A stretch of DNA of 64,000 nucleotides from a virus (taxonomy: Duplodnaviria > Heunggongvirae > Uroviricota > Caudoviricetes): the IMG/VR virus record IMGVR_UViG_3300022661_000054. One strand, written 5' to 3'. Below, piece by piece: positions 16,535 to 25,985 of this stretch. A program made the translations under genes and the position numbers. A model generated the notes under the pieces. The model made no database searches. It was given only the letters and a program-made list of their open reading frames with translations, and was not told where the DNA came from. Every line of letters starts with the position of its first letter. The first letter of the stretch is position 1.

Positions 16535-18208
16535 CTAAATATCAAATATTCCATTATAAATATCAACGTTTTGAATATTGTCTTGCAGTTTAACCTTGTT
16601 ATCTGAATCTTTTGTCCAGCTAGCATACCACTTTTCAGCATCTTTATCTACATAACCTAAAATATCATATAAAGTGCTTTTATAATTGTGGCCCAATTTT
16701 GGCTGATATCCATAGTAGGCAGGATTATGGCCGCTATGTCTGTTTATAAGTACGCCATTTTCTATTTTAACCGGGCCGAAATTCATTATATAGTCATATA
16801 TGATTTTTTGCATTTTATCTTCCCATAAGCCGTTTATTTTAAAATAATGCTTATTTTGTTTCATTACTTCTTGAGCACGTTTTATATTATCTGGGATTTC
16901 ATCAAGAGGTGTAATAGCGCTCTTGCTTAAGTACTCTACTAGTCTATCTGCAAATGGGTATGACTCACCAGTGTTAAATTCTAGTAACTGTACTTTACTT
17001 ATAGGTTTAAAAGTACTTATATTTAAATCAATTTCATTACCAAAGTTCATAGCAACATGATTTTGCTTATATTCCCAGAGTTCGTTATCATTCGATGAAG
17101 TTATATATCTAGGATTATCTGCAGTATCACCGAGTTGTTCATCATAGTTTGGATTTAATATTTTAAGTGGTTTAGGCACATATCTAAAATCGTTAAAATA
17201 ACGATAGTCTCCCTCGAGAATTACTATAGAAGATTTACAAGATGAAGGTACTCTAATAAATAACTTAAGATCTTGTTCACGTTGAGCAATATCCCAGCGA
17301 TTAATGATATCATTATTAAATAGAGAAGCGCTACCTTCATTAGTCAGACTATTAGTGTCTGTATTCCACTTAGACACATCTAACAAATCATATAAAAAAG
17401 GCTGCTTGAAGTGCGTACTATTTACTTTTTTATAGGTTTTAGTAATTAAGTCTACAGATTTTTTATCGGTGCTTAAAGTAGTATTATAAAAGCCACAAAA
17501 TAATTCAATACCAAATGAGCTGTCTATAGCAATGGTATAATTAGCAAAAAGCTTTACAGGAAAAGCATATATACGATATTTAGAGTCTTGAGAGTTAAAT
17601 ATATTATAAGTTATTTTATACGTGTCTATATACGGTTTATTAGTATTATCTGTGGGCTTAGTATTATCATAGTTTGGGTTTATCTTTTGAATCGGCTGTC
17701 TAGAAATTTCATGTCTATAATAAATGTTATTACAAATTTTGTTATTAAAACAATTATATAAAGACATCAAGTTAACACCATATAAGTCTCTTAAAAAGCG
17801 AAGATAATTCCCAAGATATTCATGTGTAACAGTATCATAAGTATTTCCAGGGCTATTTAATACCCTTGTTAGCCCTGGAACGTGCTTATTGTCTTCGTAG
17901 AAAACGGAAGAAGCTTTTTTCCAATGTAAGCTACTATAATTTGATAGTGGCTTACGTGTATCATAATTCCATAAATAGCTATAAAGTTCATTATCTTTCA
18001 AGTAAGGAAATTGTAAAGCATTTTGTGTTACAAAGCTTTTATGAGTAGAGTTAAATGACTCTAGTACTCTAGGGTCTTCATGTCCAGGATGTTCAGCAGC
18101 ATATTTTACAAAATCTCTCGTATAAATACGACATGTAGGTAAGTTAACAGAGGATAATAACTGTTTTAAATATCCTGTAAAAATATGTGTATTATTAAAT
18201 TTAAACAT
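16535..18208 (-). CDS. Hypothetical virion (baseplate-region) protein
   Basis: 557 aa between tape measure and tube initiator; GGAGG RBS. Confidence 0.6.
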   Translation of the reverse strand: MFKFNNTHIFTGYLKQLLSSVNLPTCRIYTRDFVKYAAEHPGHEDPRVLESFNSTHKSFVTQNALQFPYLKDNELYSYLWNYDTRKPLSNYSSLHWKKASSVFYEDNKHVPGLTRVLNSPGNTYDTVTHEYLGNYLRFLRDLYGVNLMSLYNCFNNKICNNIYYRHEISRQPIQKINPNYDNTKPTDNTNKPYIDTYKITYNIFNSQDSKYRIYAFPVKLFANYTIAIDSSFGIELFCGFYNTTLSTDKKSVDLITKTYKKVNSTHFKQPFLYDLLDVSKWNTDTNSLTNEGSASLFNNDIINRWDIAQREQDLKLFIRVPSSCKSSIVILEGDYRYFNDFRYVPKPLKILNPNYDEQLGDTADNPRYITSSNDNELWEYKQNHVAMNFGNEIDLNISTFKPISKVQLLEFNTGESYPFADRLVEYLSKSAITPLDEIPDNIKRAQEVMKQNKHYFKINGLWEDKMQKIIYDYIMNFGPVKIENGVLINRHSGHNPAYYGYQPKLGHNYKSTLYDILGYVDKDAEKWYASWTKDSDNKVKLQDNIQNVDIYNGIFDI

Positions 18209-18222
18209 TTAAAATATCCTCC

Positions 18223-21207
18223 TTATACTGTTGTGGTCCAGCCACCAAGACTTACATTACCACTAATGCCATTAGATCCACTGTAACTACTTCCAGAAGA
18301 ACTTGTTCCACCAGAGCTGCTATTAGAACCATCTAAGCTAGCAACACCACCCTGCGCACCACTACTATTAGTTTTAGTCAAGCCGTAATCATCAACCTTA
18401 ACTCTAAAGTAACTATTTCCATGTGCAACATCATCTAATAATTCATAGATTTTTAAAACAGTTGTATTTAAAACATCTACTTGATTTGCTTCAGCTTCTT
18501 CCTGAGCCTCAATCATTTGTTTTTTATTGGAATCTTTTGTTTCTTGAATAGTGGAATTTTTAATATCACTACTTGAAGCATTTCCAACGTAGCCTGACTC
18601 GGAAACGGAAGACTCGCCACCGCCAGCCATTTTTAGCAGGTTTCCGTCCCCTCTAGGTGTTATAGTTAAACCAGATCCAGATTCAATACCAAGCTGACTA
18701 AGCATTTTTTGGCCACTAAAAGAGTTTCCTAGTCCAGCAATTAGAGAGCCCATGCTAGTAAGCATACCGCCACTCATGGCTGCTACACGCATTATATCTG
18801 CGATAGTGGTATTTAATGCTACTGTATTACCCATGATGGATATATCAGGGAAAGGTATACCTCCAACAGTGTCGTCTAATAAACCAGCAACTTTGTAAAT
18901 AGCATAAGCTACAGGATTACTAGCAATTCCACTAGCAAGTGTATAATTAGTATTTGACCACATGTTGGTCATCATTTCACCTAAACTAGTACGTTTTCCC
19001 ATCGTGCCTGCCATCTCCGATAATTGATATAACATATTATTATATGTCATAGAATTATTAAAGATAGACTCAGTACTGCCTGGAAGTACTAGATTTGTGG
19101 CGGCTTTTAGATCTGATGCTTTTACACCAAAAACATCTGCTAATTGCTGTTGTACTACTTTATTATCTTTTGCAGAATCAGAAAGCTCTGCTAAGTAATT
19201 TACTGCAGCTTGTAATAATTTATTTGTGTCACTAGAATTAATTCCGTCAGTAAGAATGTCAGCGATAGATAGTCCGGCATCATTAGCCGCCATAATAAGT
19301 AGGTTACCAGCACCACCGCTAGTAAGACCTTCAATTTGACCGGCAGCAATCTGACCTAATGCATTAGAAATGCCTTGTACAGCATTTTGAGACATACCTA
19401 CTGAATATAGAGAACCTAACCATTTCTGTACTTGATACTCGACCTCAGTTGCCTCGGCCCCAGACATCAGAGACTGCATCTCTTCTAAGCTTCCACGCAC
19501 ACTATCTGCGACGCTTTTTAAATACTCAGTATTCTCATACATATTATTTAAAAATGAATTAAGGGCTGATTCCATACCAAGGCGCCCAGCAGTAGAATCT
19601 TCCTGCTGAATACGAATTAATCTTAATAGCGTACCATCTGCAACTTCAAAAGTATTTGCAATTTTACTTTGTATCGTCATTAAGAAGGCTCTTTGCTCAA
19701 GGTCAAACGCAATACCTTCATCAACTAAACTTTTAATATTTTTTGAAAAGTCTTCTTGCTTAAAATAAGGGTTGATTGCACCAACACTCATTATGTCTTT
19801 TGTAATCTGATCCCAATAAGAACCAGATGACGTTTTATTAGAGGAGCCTTGTAATCTAGTGTCAATATCGCTTTTATAAGAAGCAATATCCTCGATGGTG
19901 TTTTCTAGGTTTTTTGCAAAATTGCTCAAAGCTTTAACAGCTACACCGACTACGGCTTTAATGTCTGTTTTACCAGTTTCTGCATTAGTTGTTAAATCTT
20001 TAAAAGCATCTATACGGTCTTTTAAGGTTTGACCTTTACCAGTTAAGGTTCCTAGTAGCTCATCGCCCTTAGCCTGAGCTTGTCGTTTTTCAGCTTTTTC
20101 TTTGTCGCGTAGTTCTTTGTCCTGCTCATACTGCCGAATTTTAGTAAGCTTTTTTAGGGCGTCTTCCTCGAACTTAAACTTTTTGGCAGCCTCACGTTGA
20201 ATTCTTGTAGCTTCTTCTTTTTCTAGAATTCCGTTGTTTTTACGTTTAGACTTTAATTCTTGCTCAGCTATCCACTTGAGTCGTTTTTCATTTAGCTCTC
20301 GAATGCTTTGCTCATTTTCATTTGCATTAACTTGTCTAGAACGTGTCTCGCCAGCTTCATTATAACCTAGATCGTTTTTTCCGTCTGTATAATTTTCACT
20401 AGTAGCGTAATCAATCTCAGTATTAATGTTATTTATAAGGTCTTGCGCAGCGAGCTCTGCACTAGCAGCTTCTTGTTGCTTAGAAAGTCTTAGGTCAGTA
20501 AGATGAGCTAACTGTAGCTCGCTACCTTTAGCGCGTTCGTATCTAGCTATTTCTAAGTCTTTTAAAGTATTTTCAAGGGCAGTTCTACGTTCTAAATGAC
20601 TTTCATGTAAGTCGTCTAGTTGCTTTTGCTTTCTAGCCGCTATATCAACCTGCTTTACAGGACCGCCGTCTTGGTCCGTTACTTCATTTCTACGAGCCTC
20701 TTGTTCTTGACGGAAGAACTCAGCCACTTGATCAGCAAAGTCTGTTTGAGGTTGTGGTTTGTCCATTTGATCAAGTTTGTCATCGGATACAATGCTTTCC
20801 TCAACAACCGGTTCTTTTTTATTTGCATTATTATTATCATTTTTAGAAGAGTTATTACTACTAGCCTCAGCACTTCTAGAAACACTTTCTCCTGCATCTT
20901 TAAAGCTTTCAGCAATCTTACCGGCCGCTTCTTGAAAGTTATCTGAAGTTTTATCTACAATATCTTCAAGGATTAAAAAGCCATCGGTTAGTGCACTCTG
21001 TTTTCTTGCAATAAGGTCTAAATTTCTAGAATATACATCAAAAAATTCTTCTAAGTAAGCGATTCTTTGTTTACCGATATCTATTTCACCAGCAAGAACT
21101 TTTTCGATAATTTCTTCCTGCCGAGCTGGTAAGTTTTTTAAATCTTTTACAGTTTTAGAAAAGGCTTTAATTTGTTCAGGTGATAATTTACCGAAATCTT
21201 CTGCCAA
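18223..21207 (-). CDS. Tape measure protein (TTG start)
   Basis: 994-aa helical/coiled-coil protein after the chaperone gene; AAAGGAGG RBS. Confidence 0.75.
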   Translation of the reverse strand: MAEDFGKLSPEQIKAFSKTVKDLKNLPARQEEIIEKVLAGEIDIGKQRIAYLEEFFDVYSRNLDLIARKQSALTDGFLILEDIVDKTSDNFQEAAGKIAESFKDAGESVSRSAEASSNNSSKNDNNNANKKEPVVEESIVSDDKLDQMDKPQPQTDFADQVAEFFRQEQEARRNEVTDQDGGPVKQVDIAARKQKQLDDLHESHLERRTALENTLKDLEIARYERAKGSELQLAHLTDLRLSKQQEAASAELAAQDLINNINTEIDYATSENYTDGKNDLGYNEAGETRSRQVNANENEQSIRELNEKRLKWIAEQELKSKRKNNGILEKEEATRIQREAAKKFKFEEDALKKLTKIRQYEQDKELRDKEKAEKRQAQAKGDELLGTLTGKGQTLKDRIDAFKDLTTNAETGKTDIKAVVGVAVKALSNFAKNLENTIEDIASYKSDIDTRLQGSSNKTSSGSYWDQITKDIMSVGAINPYFKQEDFSKNIKSLVDEGIAFDLEQRAFLMTIQSKIANTFEVADGTLLRLIRIQQEDSTAGRLGMESALNSFLNNMYENTEYLKSVADSVRGSLEEMQSLMSGAEATEVEYQVQKWLGSLYSVGMSQNAVQGISNALGQIAAGQIEGLTSGGAGNLLIMAANDAGLSIADILTDGINSSDTNKLLQAAVNYLAELSDSAKDNKVVQQQLADVFGVKASDLKAATNLVLPGSTESIFNNSMTYNNMLYQLSEMAGTMGKRTSLGEMMTNMWSNTNYTLASGIASNPVAYAIYKVAGLLDDTVGGIPFPDISIMGNTVALNTTIADIMRVAAMSGGMLTSMGSLIAGLGNSFSGQKMLSQLGIESGSGLTITPRGDGNLLKMAGGGESSVSESGYVGNASSSDIKNSTIQETKDSNKKQMIEAQEEAEANQVDVLNTTVLKIYELLDDVAHGNSYFRVKVDDYGLTKTNSSGAQGGVASLDGSNSSSGGTSSSGSSYSGSNGISGNVSLGGWTTTV

Positions 21208-21228
21208 AGTAATTTCCTCCTTTATCGG

Positions 21229-21480
21229 TTATCTTTTATTATTTTGCTGTGCCTCGACAAAGGCTTGTGCTGTAGCGTCTTTCTTTTCGTTAATACATTC
21301 AATTAAATATACTCTGTCTTGATATGCTAAGTTCAACACGTCTGTATAACTAGTATGTAAGTTATCACTTACATACCAACATTCCTTTACGATTTCTTTA
21401 TATCTCTTAGGTCCAAAAGGCGTACCGTCATTAGATAGTTGTGGGTCTAAAAAACTCGGGCCCGAAGCGAAAAAATGTAG
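21229..21480 (-). CDS. Start-less ORF in the +1 frame: probable frameshift extension of the tail chaperone (gp51/gpT-like)
   Basis: Stop-to-stop ORF LDPQLSNDGTPFGPKRYKEIVKECWYVSDNLHTSYTDVLNLAYQDRVYLIECINEKK...; no ATG; overlaps two T6 runs in the upstream gene. Confidence 0.7.
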   Translation of the reverse strand, partial: LHFFASGPSFLDPQLSNDGTPFGPKRYKEIVKECWYVSDNLHTSYTDVLNLAYQDRVYLIECINEKKDATAQAFVEAQQNNKR

Positions 21481-22225
21481 TTACTTCTTCACCACACTTT
21501 GGACATGTGAGATATAAAATATTGTCCAAGCCAATCTGTTGATTTAATTTATCTATATTATTTAAAATTTTCTGAAGATCAAGAGCAGGCAAATTTGTAA
21601 TTATATTTTCAAGCTCCGTTTCTGATTTTTTCTCGCCATCAATTAAATCGATATTAGTAAGTAGACGAACTAGAGTTTCAAAGTCGATTGTAGCATTTTT
21701 ATATCTGCGTTTCATATCTTTTACTTTAACTTCCATCTCTTCAACCATACGTGGTGATAAGAAGTTGAGTGTGATAATACGACCGCTTTTTGGAAGCGAG
21801 AAGGTTTGAAGACCTTTAACGTCATCTTCATTAAATTCTTTTACGTCAAGCTGACCTAGTTTAGCAACAGTTTCAATAGCCTCACCACAGCTGGGGCAGC
21901 GCAGAGCAACTTTATAGTCCTCACCATATGTCACTATTCTTAGTTTATGAAGTAAGAACTCATAATCACCTAGGCTCATATCATAGACATGAATAGCTGG
22001 CTTTTCAATACAGCAGCCTTCGATAATATCAGCTAATGTCTTAAGAGGTGTACTAGAAGGTGATAGTCTCTTCATCTCGTCGCGGGCTGTCATGCTACGA
22101 AGCTCAATATGCGGATTTACGGTTTCATTATAAATCTTACCTTTAGATGGTAGTTCGTAGCCTTCCATAATAGTGTAATCTGTTTGTCTTTCCATAATAC
22201 TTTGTCCTTTCATTTTAAATATCAC
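21431..22225 (-). CDS. T4 gp26-like baseplate hub / tail assembly chaperone (likely start ATG 22195)
   Basis: ELPSKG, MTARDE, LRIVTYG, two CxxC (CPSC, CPKC), C-terminal FF motif; lies between tube and tape measure. Confidence 0.75.
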   Translation of the reverse strand: MIFKMKGQSIMERQTDYTIMEGYELPSKGKIYNETVNPHIELRSMTARDEMKRLSPSSTPLKTLADIIEGCCIEKPAIHVYDMSLGDYEFLLHKLRIVTYGEDYKVALRCPSCGEAIETVAKLGQLDVKEFNEDDVKGLQTFSLPKSGRIITLNFLSPRMVEEMEVKVKDMKRRYKNATIDFETLVRLLTNIDLIDGEKKSETELENIITNLPALDLQKILNNIDKLNQQIGLDNILYLTCPKCGEEVTTFFRFGPEFFRPTTI

Positions 22226-22386
22226 ATTTCGCGATTTTCAAAGTAATGTTCTAAAATGTATCTTATAAGTGCAGATACTGTAATGCCACGGGCTTGTGCA
22301 GTTTCTTTTAATCTATCTATTAAAGGCTTTGACGATTCAAATGTTTGTATAACTTTATCACTTCTATCAACTTTCTTGCGTCCCAT
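22222..22386 (-). CDS. Ribbon-helix-helix DNA-binding protein (start revised from 22431)
   Basis: IQTFESSKPLIDRLKETAQARGITVSALIRYIL; AAAGGA RBS. Confidence 0.75.
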   Translation of the reverse strand: MGRKKVDRSDKVIQTFESSKPLIDRLKETAQARGITVSALIRYILEHYFENREM

Positions 22387-22420
22387 GATATAAGTATCCT
22401 TTCTTATTGTATAACACATA

Positions 22421-22432
22421 TAATTTAGCAAA
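22421..22432 (-). promoter_or_regulatory. Putative late promoter TTTGCTAAATTA
   Basis: Motif copy between terminator and tail operon. Confidence 0.7.
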
Positions 22433-22450
22433 AGTATAAATAGATTTATT

Positions 22451-22485
22451 AAAAATAAAAGACGTTCCTAAATAGGAACGTCTTT
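22451..22485 (-). terminator. Terminator after tail tube gene
   Basis: aaagacgttccta / taggaacgtcttt. Confidence 0.85.
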
Positions 22486-22500
22486 ATTATAATTATTTAT

Positions 22501-23085
22501 TTAATCTAAGTTCATTTCAGCGCGGTCATATTCAAGCTTCGCGGTAATTTGTCTCTTACCGTCGTTCTCTTTGTCGAATTCACCTTCTGTAATGCTACTA
22601 ATCCAGCAGCCATGAATTGTCCAGCTTCTAACTTGTTCGAAGTCTTGAGTATACTCGATTAAAGTTGCAGTCTTCTTATAGTCTTTCATACGGCCACCCT
22701 TACGAGTATAAACGTTATACGCAAGTGCTTGCCAAGCCATAAGAATAGACTTAGTATCCAAACCAACTACATCATCTACAACGATACTGCCAGTATCAAA
22801 TTCAGGAGTGCCTGCAAAAGTAACAGTATCATTACCTCTTTTATACTTGTTAACACCGAGAGTAAAGTGAGGTACAGGTGCTTTAATAACATTAAGTTTT
22901 AAAGTTTCCTGAGCTTTTGAAATCTTGTCACCCTCAGCAGCGCTGTCAGGATCTCCACTATAAGCGGCATTAATAATATTATCAATATCATCAACAATAA
23001 GTGAGAAGAAGCCAGTTCTAGCAGCTTCATAATTAGCAAGATTAGTGCTTATATGTTGAGCAGATAAGCTATTTGACATTTTCAA
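22501..23085 (-). CDS. Tail tube protein (gp19-like)
   Basis: FAGTPEF, AWQ, YKKTATL, RSWTIHGCWISSI, LEYD motifs; directly after sheath. Confidence 0.85.
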   Translation of the reverse strand: MKMSNSLSAQHISTNLANYEAARTGFFSLIVDDIDNIINAAYSGDPDSAAEGDKISKAQETLKLNVIKAPVPHFTLGVNKYKRGNDTVTFAGTPEFDTGSIVVDDVVGLDTKSILMAWQALAYNVYTRKGGRMKDYKKTATLIEYTQDFEQVRSWTIHGCWISSITEGEFDKENDGKRQITAKLEYDRAEMNLD

Positions 23086-23100
23086 TTATCTCCTTTCAAA

Positions 23101-24897
23101 TTAAATTGACTCAGTTGCATTTACTGCAGTTTCGCCGAAGGAATCTTCAAGAGAGACTTCGAGGTCAAAATCTTCTACAGCTTCGATAGGAATAATTCTA
23201 ATCTTGGCTTTTAAAGTTGCTTTATTTGGATTCTCTTCGTAAACTTTTATAATTTTATAATCACGAATTCCTTGGTCTGCTTTCATAGACTCGAGAGTCG
23301 GTCTAATAGCGTTTTTAAAGTTTACCCAAAGCTCATCACTATTTGGATCAAAAGTAAAACGACGACATGCTACATAGAGCTGTTTTTTAATAGTTGTACA
23401 TAATTGTCTGATATTTAAGAAATGTCCTGCTTTAAGATTTCCACCACCGTCTTCACTAGGTAGTATAAGTGCTGTTCTGTTTCCCCAAAGATAGTAATTA
23501 CCTCTAAAGTTAGCAATTACGTTACAGGCAAATTTTGGTTGCGCTGTTTGTTCTTTAGTAATGAATCTTGGTTCGAGTGCATTTATTGCAATTTCTCCAA
23601 GTTTAACAGAAGTTCTTTCTACTGCATAACTAGAGACACCACGATTATAACCTGCAGCAGCATACCATTCAGCAAAACCCTGTCTTAGTGAGTTCATAAA
23701 GCATGCTAGATAGTGAAAAGCACCAGGAAACTTATTATTATTAAATTTGTCATCAGAGGACATATCATAATAAACACTTGGCACTGTTAATGCACAGTAC
23801 GCACCATTATCACCGATGCTGCTTGCTACCTCATCGAGTGCTTCTATAATACGTTCTTCAGGTGTCAGGTCTAGATTTTCTGTTGTATAAGAATTTTCAG
23901 CTAGTTCTATTAGAGCAATGCAATCTCCCCTGCCGCTATTTTTAACTACATCACTATACATAGCTAAATTTGCAATACAACTATTGGCTGCATTAATTAA
24001 TCCAGTATCTGATATAATTAGCGTATTAATTTCATTTTCAATATTCGTTATATCATTATCAATTAATGTTTCTATAGTTGTTTTGTTATTAATATGATAA
24101 GCAGCTGGCACGGTATATGTAGTTACTTCATCATTATTATCATTAAATCGAGTATCAAGCCTTACAAAACCTCTATAGTCACCATTGTCACCTTTATCTA
24201 AACTTTCATAATTCGTTGCTGAAATGGTAAATACACCATTTTCAATATCAGATTCTTCAGGGTCTAGATCCATACTGGTTAAAATTCTTCCATACGCTTT
24301 CTGAAGTTCATCGTCAAGAGCATCTTCAAAACTTATTGGATTATCGTTTGTTTCATCTTCAGCCTCATCTCTGACTCGTCTATTCGCAAGCTTGACAGCC
24401 TCTTCTTTTGCTTTAGCCCATATATTTAAGGCGCCATCAGCAATAGCAAGTTTGCTTTCAAGAGCAGTTTTTTGTGCGCGGATATCATCACCAGTAGAGG
24501 ACTCCAGAAGTCCATGAGCAATAAATCTAAAATCATAGCTAACTTTATCCTTAAAAGGTGCCCAAAAGCTTTCTTGTCCCAGTTCTGAGATATTTTCTAT
24601 TGGCTTAAATACAATAGGATAACCAAGATTCAATAGTTCATACGCCATCTGATTGCCATAGTGATATACTATAGTACCGTCATCCATTTTATGCTCTGGT
24701 GCATCTTTACCAATAGCTGCGTCAAAATCCTGTTTAGAACTTAATTCATATACTCCATATGAATCAGGCTGTACTTTAGTTGTTCCTTGTACGTTTGCAT
24801 TATTGCGAAATCCTGCAATCAATACCGCATAATTGGCATACTGACCAGTTACCCCAGGATTGGTATAATCTTTTTCATTAATAAGTATTTTTGGCAT
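23101..24897 (-). CDS. Tail sheath protein (gp18-like)
   Basis: MPKILINEKD N-terminus; WYAAAGYNRG, LWGNRT, LNIRQL, FTFDPN and IIPIEAVE sheath motifs. Confidence 0.9.
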   Translation of the reverse strand: MPKILINEKDYTNPGVTGQYANYAVLIAGFRNNANVQGTTKVQPDSYGVYELSSKQDFDAAIGKDAPEHKMDDGTIVYHYGNQMAYELLNLGYPIVFKPIENISELGQESFWAPFKDKVSYDFRFIAHGLLESSTGDDIRAQKTALESKLAIADGALNIWAKAKEEAVKLANRRVRDEAEDETNDNPISFEDALDDELQKAYGRILTSMDLDPEESDIENGVFTISATNYESLDKGDNGDYRGFVRLDTRFNDNNDEVTTYTVPAAYHINNKTTIETLIDNDITNIENEINTLIISDTGLINAANSCIANLAMYSDVVKNSGRGDCIALIELAENSYTTENLDLTPEERIIEALDEVASSIGDNGAYCALTVPSVYYDMSSDDKFNNNKFPGAFHYLACFMNSLRQGFAEWYAAAGYNRGVSSYAVERTSVKLGEIAINALEPRFITKEQTAQPKFACNVIANFRGNYYLWGNRTALILPSEDGGGNLKAGHFLNIRQLCTTIKKQLYVACRRFTFDPNSDELWVNFKNAIRPTLESMKADQGIRDYKIIKVYEENPNKATLKAKIRIIPIEAVEDFDLEVSLEDSFGETAVNATESI

Positions 24898-24972
24898 ACC
24901 AAATATATCTCCTTATTTTAATTTATTTATACAAATAATAAACTGAACTTTGTATTTGTTCAGAACTTCAAT

Positions 24973-24984
24973 TAATTTAGCAAA
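24973..24984 (-). promoter_or_regulatory. Putative late promoter TTTGCTAAATTA
   Basis: Motif copy upstream of sheath. Confidence 0.7.
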
Positions 24985-25641
24985 TTATTTTAATTCATAT
25001 TCAAATAAAATCTCTTCCTCCTGTGGGTCTTGAATTTTATCTGCAGTAGTAACTTCTACGCCGATTAGTTTCCATCCACGTTTTTGAGGAATACTAAATA
25101 AAAACCCATCTTGTAATTCTAATTGAATAGTCCACTTATAAAATTGACCTGCAAAAAGATGAGTAGCAATGTCACTAGTATCAGATACCGTACTGAGTAC
25201 TCTTAGATTGGCTGTATGTCTTACAGCGTACTTATCGTTGTAAGGAACCTCTATAATAATTTGTGGGTTATTAATCAACTTAAATAAATATTGACGTATA
25301 TATTCGTCAGCTTCTATACGTTTCTTTGTATAAATATCTAGCTGATATGTAGTTTTTATTGGAATGACATTTAAATGTACTGCAGTAGCCGTATCAGAAT
25401 CTGAATCTAAGACCAAGCCATCGAAAGATTTATTTTGTTTTATAGCTGATTCAATTTCAATATCTTTATTTCTAGATATAGCAATCAAAGGAAGTTTTAA
25501 TGGCTTATCGTTCGTATCTTCAGCATTGAGTTGAATAAGCCTATTGGACTCATCTGGTGACAGAACTCTAAGTTTTGAAGAATCTGCTAGCCAGCCTTTT
25601 ATTTTCTGAGTAATAGCTTCATCATAATAACTTATTGCCAT
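24985..25641 (-). CDS. Tail terminator / sheath stabiliser (gp15-like)
   Basis: LKLPLIAISR, IPIKTTYQLDIYT patterns; synteny. Confidence 0.55.
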   Translation of the reverse strand: MAISYYDEAITQKIKGWLADSSKLRVLSPDESNRLIQLNAEDTNDKPLKLPLIAISRNKDIEIESAIKQNKSFDGLVLDSDSDTATAVHLNVIPIKTTYQLDIYTKKRIEADEYIRQYLFKLINNPQIIIEVPYNDKYAVRHTANLRVLSTVSDTSDIATHLFAGQFYKWTIQLELQDGFLFSIPQKRGWKLIGVEVTTADKIQDPQEEEILFEYELK

Positions 25642-25657
25642 AAGTAAACACCACCTA

Positions 25658-25984
25658 TTAATATTTTAGTGCGCTTTGTAGAATTTTGCTTCCTGGTATA
25701 GCGCCATTTCCATATGTAATTAGTCGAGCAATTTTATCCAACTTAGGATCTTTGAACATTAATATTATATTTCCTGAATCATCGTTATAGTGAGTTAAAT
25801 TTAGTAAAAGTTTAACGCACATATCTTTTAAAGATATTTTATATTGTTGTTGGATATATCTTTCCATTAAAATTTCCGTCGCGTGAAATGGATAACTTCT
25901 AACTATATAGTAAGCATCTAGCATTGTGTTGCGGTAAAGGTAATCTTGCGGGACATGTTGGTTATTATTAACAGTAAAAAACAT
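25658..25984 (-). CDS. Hypothetical protein in neck region
   Basis: Operon packing. Confidence 0.6.
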   Translation of the reverse strand: MFFTVNNNQHVPQDYLYRNTMLDAYYIVRSYPFHATEILMERYIQQQYKISLKDMCVKLLLNLTHYNDDSGNIILMFKDPKLDKIARLITYGNGAIPGSKILQSALKY

Positions 25985-25985
25985 A

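Noticed and set aside
21431-21480. Canonical -1 tail-chaperone frameshift
   Set aside because: The -1 frame reads GTT TTT TAG and stops at once; only the +1/-2 frame is open
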